Source: an uncultured Clostridia bacterium
GTDB taxonomy: Bacteria; Bacillota; Clostridia; Christensenellales; UBA1242
Assembly (NCBI GenBank): GCA_944384445.1
Contig: CALWTL010000002.1
Location: forward strand, 3,087-67,086
Direction of reading: 5' to 3'
DNA: 64,000 nt
Below are positions 58,012 through 64,000 of this stretch, in pieces; the stretch's first letter is position 1, and every line of letters starts with the position of its first letter. The translations under genes were made by a program, and so were the position numbers. A model generated the notes under the pieces. The model did no database searches. It was not told the DNA's origin and was given only the letters and a program-made list of their open reading frames with translations.

Positions 58012-58587
58012 ATGAAACTTTATATTTTTATAATCTTTATAGGTTGTTTATTTACGTCTATTTTGGCTGTTAATGTAGGGGTTAGAGTTTTATCAGTATC
58101 AGACGGTGTTGTTTTATTATCAATTCTAATTTCATTAATCTTTTTGCTATTCATAGATGCATTAGTTGCAATATTAGTTCGTTTTTTACCAAAAAAACTG
58201 GTAAATCCATTTAATAAAATATACAATGTTCATAAATGGGAAAGTAAATTATATGTACGTCTAGGCATCAGAAAATGGAAAGATTTAATTTCTGAATCAG
58301 GAAAAGCATTGACAGGTTTTGGGAAAAGACAAGTAGAAAATATTAAAGATAATGAATACCTATACAAATTCATGGAAGAAACAGTATATGCAGAAGTTTT
58401 ACATTTAATTAGTGCTTTTTTAGGATTTTTAGTTGTAATTGTTAATATTAAATTATGGCTAATTGTTGGTATACCTTTAGCAATATTTAATTTTATATTG
58501 CAAATTTTACCAGTTATGGTACAACGTTATAATCGCCCTAAACTAATGCTCGCATATAAAAGAAATCAAAGAATTAATCACTCATAA
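58012..58587 (+). CDS. membrane protein, glycosyl-4,4'-diaponeurosporenoate acyltransferase (CrtO-like) family
   Basis: HKWESKLYVRLGIRKWKD ... EETVYAEVLH pattern recalled for this family. 3-4 TM helices. ATG 58012 preferred over TTG 57991. Confidence 0.45.
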   Translation: MKLYIFIIFIGCLFTSILAVNVGVRVLSVSDGVVLLSILISLIFLLFIDALVAILVRFLPKKLVNPFNKIYNVHKWESKLYVRLGIRKWKDLISESGKALTGFGKRQVENIKDNEYLYKFMEETVYAEVLHLISAFLGFLVVIVNIKLWLIVGIPLAIFNFILQILPVMVQRYNRPKLMLAYKRNQRINHS

Positions 58588-58639
58588 TCATCAAATCAAA
58601 TAGGTTGACCTTTTTTTCTTCATATGCTAATATTATTTC

Positions 58640-59335
58640 ATGAATATTTATTCAATTAGTGACTTGCATCTTGATATCAATAATACAAAACCAATGGATA
58701 TATTTGGTCCAGTTTGGCATAATTATCTTGATAAAATTATTTCAAATTGGAACACTGTGGTACAAGATGATGATATCGTTATTTTAGCGGGAGATTACAG
58801 TTGGGCAATGAAATTAGACGAGGTGGTTCCTGATTTTGAATTTTTGAATAATTTAAAAGGTATAAAGATTTTAGTACGTGGCAACCACGACTATTGGTGG
58901 AGTAGTGTTAGTAGAGTTCGGGAAAAATTACCACCTAGAACTTATGCACTTCAAAATGATGCTATAAAAATTGGCGAATATATTTTTTGTGGGAATAGAG
59001 GCTGGCAAATACCAGAAGGGAAATTTGATACAGAAGAAAATAGAAAATTGTATGCAAGAGAATTGGTTCGTCTAGAATTATCAATGAAAAATGCTAAAAA
59101 ATTACAAACAAATAATGAAAAAATTGTTTATATTACTCATTATCCTCCATTCAATAACAAAATTGAGCCATCTCTTTATACAAAAATGTTAGAAGAATAT
59201 GGAGTGAGTTTTGTTATTTTTGGACATCTACATGGTTATGTAAATCCTAAAATGCTTTATAATGAAATTAATGGAATAAAATATTATTTAACAAGTTGTG
59301 ATGCTGTTAAAAATAAGTTGATAAAAATTGTATAG
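58640..59335 (+). CDS. metallophosphoesterase family protein
   Basis: SDLHLD, GDYSW, GNHDYW, THYPP and GHLHG, the calcineurin-like phosphoesterase motifs. Confidence 0.8.
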   Translation: MNIYSISDLHLDINNTKPMDIFGPVWHNYLDKIISNWNTVVQDDDIVILAGDYSWAMKLDEVVPDFEFLNNLKGIKILVRGNHDYWWSSVSRVREKLPPRTYALQNDAIKIGEYIFCGNRGWQIPEGKFDTEENRKLYARELVRLELSMKNAKKLQTNNEKIVYITHYPPFNNKIEPSLYTKMLEEYGVSFVIFGHLHGYVNPKMLYNEINGIKYYLTSCDAVKNKLIKIV

Positions 59336-59342
59336 GAGAAGA

Positions 59343-60272
59343 ATGGAATTTAAACATATTTCAGTATTAAAAGAAGAAAGTATACTTGGATTAAATATAA
59401 ATCCAAATGGTATTTATGTTGATTGTACATTAGGTGGTGGCGGACATTCGTTAGAGATAGTAAAAAAGTTAGAAAAAGGAAAATTGATTTGTATTGATAA
59501 AGATGATGATGCTTTAAATTTTGCAAAATCTAAATTAAAAGATTATTCAAATAAAATAATTTTTGTTAAAGATAATTTTGTAAATATTGATAAAATTTTA
59601 GCTGATTTAAATATAGACAAAGTAAATGGAATTTTAGCAGACCTTGGGGTTAGCAGTTATCAGTTAGATACAAAAGAGAGAGGATTTAGTTTTAAACAAG
59701 ACGCAAGACTGGACATGCGTATGGATAAATCACAATCTTTAGATGCTGAATACGTTATAAATAATTATTCAGAGAATGAACTTAGTAGAATATTTTATTT
59801 ATACGGTGAAGAAAAAAATGCAAGGCAAATTGCTAGAAAAATTACAAAAATTAGAGAAAAACAACCAATTAAAACTACATTTCAATTGCGTGATATAATT
59901 GTATCAAGTTATCCACCAAAGTTTCAAAATAAACCTAGTTTATGCAACAAAGCCTTTCAAGCAATTAGAATTGAAGTAAATAATGAACTTAAAGATTTAG
60001 AAATTGCGATTGAAAAAATGTTGTCAAGATTAGAAAAGTATGGTAGAATATGTATTATAACATTTCATCCTTTAGAAGATAGAATTGTAAAATCCGCTTT
60101 TAAATTGCATTCTACGAATTGTATATGTCCACCAAGAATACCTAAATGTGTGTGTAATCATATAGCAGATATAAAATTAATTACTAAGCACCCTATAGAA
60201 CCTAGTGATATTGAACTAAATAACAATTCGCGTTCTGCAAGTGCAAAATTAAGAATTGCAGAGAAATTGTAG
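59343..60272 (+). CDS. rsmH: 16S rRNA (cytosine1402-N4)-methyltransferase RsmH/MraW
   Basis: HISVLKEE, VDCTLGGGGHS, DLGVSSYQLD and SASAKLR. ATG 59343 follows AGGAG. Confidence 0.9.
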   Translation: MEFKHISVLKEESILGLNINPNGIYVDCTLGGGGHSLEIVKKLEKGKLICIDKDDDALNFAKSKLKDYSNKIIFVKDNFVNIDKILADLNIDKVNGILADLGVSSYQLDTKERGFSFKQDARLDMRMDKSQSLDAEYVINNYSENELSRIFYLYGEEKNARQIARKITKIREKQPIKTTFQLRDIIVSSYPPKFQNKPSLCNKAFQAIRIEVNNELKDLEIAIEKMLSRLEKYGRICIITFHPLEDRIVKSAFKLHSTNCICPPRIPKCVCNHIADIKLITKHPIEPSDIELNNNSRSASAKLRIAEKL

Positions 60273-60279
60273 GTGATTT

Positions 60280-60813
60280 ATGGATATGGAAACACAAAAA
60301 GAAACATCTGCCAATACTGTAATAGAAACTGATTCAAGTGTTGAAAAAAAAGATGCAAGACTTGATGATTTGCCACGTCTTGAAGATTTGTTAAAAAGTG
60401 AAACAGATGTAAAATCAGCTCCTGAATTAAAAGGTTTGAAAAAAGTTGAAAACAATACTTTTGAAGAAAACATGACTTTCAAGAGTAAAGATGATGAAAA
60501 AAAGAAAATAATAAGAAAACGTATTAAATTACTTACAAGTGTATATATAAGTGTAGTAGTTTTATTATTGGGATTTGTAGGATTTAATATTGCAACTCTT
60601 ACGATGATGAATAAAGATATTAATAATAATGCTAACACTATTCAAAGTCAATCACAACAAATAGAAATATATGAAGGCTTGTCTCCTGATATCACAGACC
60701 CTTCTTCAACTATTGAAGTTTCTATTAATCCACCTCGTGATTATGGAGATGACAAAAAAGAATTGACTTTTTTTGATAAATTGACAATATTTTTTAGAAA
60801 TTTATTTGGTTAA
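60280..60813 (+). CDS. bitopic membrane protein in the FtsL position of the dcw cluster
   Basis: 177 aa with an acidic cytoplasmic N-terminus, a single TM (LLTSVYISVVVLLLGFVGFNIATL) and a short external helix. The assignment is positional only. Confidence 0.45.
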   Translation: MDMETQKETSANTVIETDSSVEKKDARLDDLPRLEDLLKSETDVKSAPELKGLKKVENNTFEENMTFKSKDDEKKKIIRKRIKLLTSVYISVVVLLLGFVGFNIATLTMMNKDINNNANTIQSQSQQIEIYEGLSPDITDPSSTIEVSINPPRDYGDDKKELTFFDKLTIFFRNLFG

Positions 60814-60838
60814 AAGCGACAAGTCGCTTTTTTCTTTT
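60812..60838 (+). terminator. intrinsic terminator after the ftsL-like gene
   Basis: AAAGCGA-CAAG-TCGCTTT followed by TTTTCTTTT. Confidence 0.65.
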
Positions 60839-60954
60839 ATATATTATTTTTTCAATACTAATATTTGAATATTAATATTTGATTTAATTTATGAAATTAA
60901 TAAAAATCTTTTAATTTATGTCTATTTTTTCAAACAAAAAAATATATATATTTT

Positions 60955-62859
60955 ATGAAAAAATTTAAAACTTTTTATAACATTTATTCGATTCAAAAAC
61001 GCTTTATTGCCACAATTTTAATTATTGTAATTTTATTTTTTGCTTTACTTGTTAGGGTATTTTATTTGCAAATTATAGATGGTAAAAAATTACAGGTATT
61101 AGCTGCTGAAGAATGGTTAAGAGATTTACCATTATCAAGCAAACGAGGTGAAATATATGATTCATCAGGAGTGAGTTTAGCAAGTACAATTACTACCTAT
61201 GATGTTTATGTTCGAGCAAGAAATGTGACAGAACCCGCTAAACTTGCAAGCAAAATTAGTGAACTTCTTCAAGTTGATTATGAAGTTGCTTATGCCAAAG
61301 TGACAAATAAAAGTCTTAGTGAAATTCTTATTAAAATGCAAGTAGATGAAGATACAGCATTGGATTTAACAGAATTTGATGGGATTTATTTATCTCAAAA
61401 TGTTTCAAGAGTTTATCCTTATTCAAACTTATTTACACAAGTTTTAGGTTATTGTACTATTGATAATATTGGTCAAGCGGGTTTAGAATCTTATTATGAT
61501 AAATATTTAAAGGGTGTAGACGGAAAAAGTCTAACTCAAACAAATGCACAAGGAAAAGAAATTGATAATTCCCTAAGTTATTATATACCTAGTGTTGCAG
61601 GAGCAGATTTATATACAACATTAGATGTTCAAATGCAATCTATTTTAGAAAAAGAATTAATGATAGCATATCAAGAACATAATGCTAAAAGTGTTAGTGG
61701 CATTATACTAGATGCACAAACGGGTGGGATAAAAGCGATGAGCAATCTACCTAGTTTTGACTTAAATAATGTACCAAGAGATGATGTAAAAAAACTTCAA
61801 GAAATGACAAAAAATACGACAATTGTAGATGTCTACGAACCGGGTAGTACATTTAAATTGATAACTCTTGCCGCAGCATTAAATGAAGGTTTAACAAATA
61901 TAGATGAGAAATTTTATTGTACAGGACGATGCACAGTAGATGGGGAAACTATCAAATGTTGGAAGACAGTAGGTCATGGTAGTTTAACATTATTAGATGC
62001 ATTCAAAAATAGTTGCAATTGTGTATTTGTACAATTAGCATTACGTTTAGGTGTAGATAAATATTATGATTATATGTCCAGATTTGGATTAGGAGAAAAA
62101 ACAGGGGTAGATATATCTAGCGAATCAAGTGGGATAATTATGAGTAAAGATAGTGTTAGAAATGTAGATTTAGCACGTATAGGATTTGGTCATGCTATTG
62201 CTGTCACAGAATTGCAAATGGTTAGTGTATATGCAAAAATAACCACAGGATATGACATTACTCCACATTTGTTATCTAATATATCTAGTGATGAAAAAGT
62301 TTTATATTCTCAAAATTATGCTAAAAATAAAATTAATTTGTCTGATGAAACTATTAAAACAATAAACATGATGCTTAGTAATAATATAAATAGTGATGGA
62401 GAATATACATTTATTGCTGGCTATAATGTGGGCGGAAAAACAGGAACAGCTCAAAAATATGATGAAAATGGGCAAATAGCAACAGGAAAATATATTTCCA
62501 GTTTTATTGGCACTTATCCAGCAAATAATCCAAAATATATAATTATTATCTGTGTAAATGAACCAAGCAATGGAGTGTATTATGGAGGTGTAGTTGCAAA
62601 ACCTGTTGGTCAAAAGGTATTGAAATCTATATTTGAAACAAAATCATTTTATCCAACAGATTTAACACAAATTGACAATCAGCCAAATATTGAAATGCCA
62701 TATGTAGTTGGAATGAGTTTAGCAGATGCATGTGCTAGTTTAAAAAAATTAGGTCTAGATGTTTTATTTGATGGAGATGGGGAAATTGTGATTGAACAAT
62801 TACCACCAGAAGGAACTTTATTATATTTGGGAGAAATAGTATATTTAATCACTAATTAA
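60955..62859 (+). CDS. class B penicillin-binding protein (FtsI/PBP2B/SpoVD family) with one PASTA domain
   Basis: N-terminal TM and PBP dimerisation domain, then STFK, SCN and KTGT motifs, with a C-terminal PASTA (MPYVVGMSLADACASLKKLGLDV). Confidence 0.9.
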   Translation: MKKFKTFYNIYSIQKRFIATILIIVILFFALLVRVFYLQIIDGKKLQVLAAEEWLRDLPLSSKRGEIYDSSGVSLASTITTYDVYVRARNVTEPAKLASKISELLQVDYEVAYAKVTNKSLSEILIKMQVDEDTALDLTEFDGIYLSQNVSRVYPYSNLFTQVLGYCTIDNIGQAGLESYYDKYLKGVDGKSLTQTNAQGKEIDNSLSYYIPSVAGADLYTTLDVQMQSILEKELMIAYQEHNAKSVSGIILDAQTGGIKAMSNLPSFDLNNVPRDDVKKLQEMTKNTTIVDVYEPGSTFKLITLAAALNEGLTNIDEKFYCTGRCTVDGETIKCWKTVGHGSLTLLDAFKNSCNCVFVQLALRLGVDKYYDYMSRFGLGEKTGVDISSESSGIIMSKDSVRNVDLARIGFGHAIAVTELQMVSVYAKITTGYDITPHLLSNISSDEKVLYSQNYAKNKINLSDETIKTINMMLSNNINSDGEYTFIAGYNVGGKTGTAQKYDENGQIATGKYISSFIGTYPANNPKYIIIICVNEPSNGVYYGGVVAKPVGQKVLKSIFETKSFYPTDLTQIDNQPNIEMPYVVGMSLADACASLKKLGLDVLFDGDGEIVIEQLPPEGTLLYLGEIVYLITN

Positions 62860-62936
62860 GTTTTTTTGTCTTTTTTTGATAGTTGGGTTAATTTATAAAT
62901 AAATAGTGATAAATTACGTTGTAGAGGTATAAAAGA

Positions 62937-64000
62937 ATGAAATTGTATGACATTATATCAAATTTAAAATTTATAGGTATAAAAAATTATCAAGAATTAG
63001 ATATTGATTCTTTAACATGTAATAGCAACGAAAAAGTAAACAATGGAATATATTTTTGTATAAAAGGTATTAATAGAGATGGGCACACATTTGCAAATGA
63101 AGCAATTGAAAATGGAGCAGTTTGTTTAGTAGTTGAAAAATTTATTGATTTACCTGTCACACAAATATTAGTAGAAAATACAAGAATTGTAATGTCGTAT
63201 ATTAGTTCTGTATTTTATGAAACATACAAGTCAAAAATGAAATTTGTTGGAATTACGGGAACAAACGGTAAGACAACAACTACTTTTTTAATTCGTGAAA
63301 TTTTAACACGTCTTGGCAAATCTGTTGGATTGATTGGGACAGAGGGAATATATATTAACCATTTGCTTCTTCCTGCAATGTTAACCACACCTGACCCTAT
63401 TATTCTCCACAAGTTAATAAAAGACATGGATAATAATGGCTGTGAATATTGTGTAATGGAGGTTAGTGCACACGCTATAGCATTAAACAAAATTGATAAT
63501 ATTTATTATGATATAGTTGGATTAACAAATATTACAAAAGATCACTTAGATTTTTTTATGAATATGGACAATTATATGAAATGTAAAGCAAGTTTATTTG
63601 ATTATAAGCATGCAAAGTTAGGAATAATAAACACAGATGCAAAATATGGAAAAGATATAGCAAAAAAATCAAATATTGAAATTCAGACAGTAGGTAAAGA
63701 TGCTGATATAAAATCGATAGAGAGCAATAAAGCAATTTCGGGAACAGATTTTAAGTTTCAATATAGAGATAAAATATACAAAACTCACACAAACTTAATT
63801 GGAGATTATAATATTTCAAATATGATGATGGCAATCGCTTGTTTAATTAACTTAGGGATAGATATTAATGAAATAATCAATATAATAAATTCAACTGAAT
63901 TTAATGTTCCTGGAAGATTTAATGTTTTATCATTAGATACTAAATTTAATGTAGTTATAGACTATGCTCATACACCAGATGGAATTAAAAATATTTTATC
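62937..64000 (+). CDS. murE: UDP-N-acetylmuramoyl-L-alanyl-D-glutamate--2,6-diaminopimelate (or L-Lys) ligase, 5' part (runs off the window)
   Basis: Open frame from ATG 62937 to the window end, absent from the track because it has no stop. GITGTNGKTTTT P-loop, TTPD, NITKDHLDF and DYAHTPDG (MurE-type) motifs. Confidence 0.9.
   Translation, partial: MKLYDIISNLKFIGIKNYQELDIDSLTCNSNEKVNNGIYFCIKGINRDGHTFANEAIENGAVCLVVEKFIDLPVTQILVENTRIVMSYISSVFYETYKSKMKFVGITGTNGKTTTTFLIREILTRLGKSVGLIGTEGIYINHLLLPAMLTTPDPIILHKLIKDMDNNGCEYCVMEVSAHAIALNKIDNIYYDIVGLTNITKDHLDFFMNMDNYMKCKASLFDYKHAKLGIINTDAKYGKDIAKKSNIEIQTVGKDADIKSIESNKAISGTDFKFQYRDKIYKTHTNLIGDYNISNMMMAIACLINLGIDINEIINIINSTEFNVPGRFNVLSLDTKFNVVIDYAHTPDGIKNIL

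Overview
Very AT-rich, gene-dense chromosomal segment from a low-GC Firmicute, probably a Clostridia-like endospore former with a streamlined genome. The spore signature genes are yqfC, yqfD, ylmC/ymxH, whiA and ricT/yaaT. Almost all of it is core housekeeping:
- Replication and repair: holB, dnaE, dnaG, uvrC, nth, recO, dinB, and a topo IV-like parE/parC pair.
- Transcription and translation: greA, sigA, nrdR, obg, engB, yhbY, tsaE, tsaB, rsmH, and an ABC-F ATPase.
- Stress: the ctsR-mcsA-mcsB-clpC operon with a textbook CtsR operator.
- Cell wall and division: murB, murF, ddl, rsmH, an ftsL-like gene, a class B PBP, and murE.
- Glycolysis: pfkA and ppdK.

I saw no rRNA, tRNA, CRISPR array, transposase, phage block or recognisable defence island. 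The genetic code is standard: TGG is the Trp codon throughout, and TGA, TAG and TAA all terminate genes.

Points worth a second look:
1. Two otherwise intact genes, ppdK and an SLT lytic transglycosylase, are each broken by one in-frame stop at a conserved Trp position (TGG->TGA and TGG->TAG).
2. A 175-aa ORF wedged between dnaG and sigA, overlapping both, looks like a sigma-70 N-terminal half (through region 2.2) with no DNA-binding regions.
3. An uncharacterised locus encodes a small coiled-coil protein, an S8 protease without a signal peptide, and an ABC-ATPase fold with every catalytic motif ablated. An Asn-rich low-complexity protein is encoded divergently.
4. A GC-rich, monocistronic gene encodes a beta-rich protein with Cys clusters at both ends, a candidate spore-surface or self-assembling structural protein.
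5. There are several domain fusions or rearrangements: YbeY-Era, TsaB-RimI, and MurF with a polytopic membrane N-terminus.
6. McsB appears to have lost the phosphagen-kinase motifs.

None of these is proven. Each finding states the decisive check.
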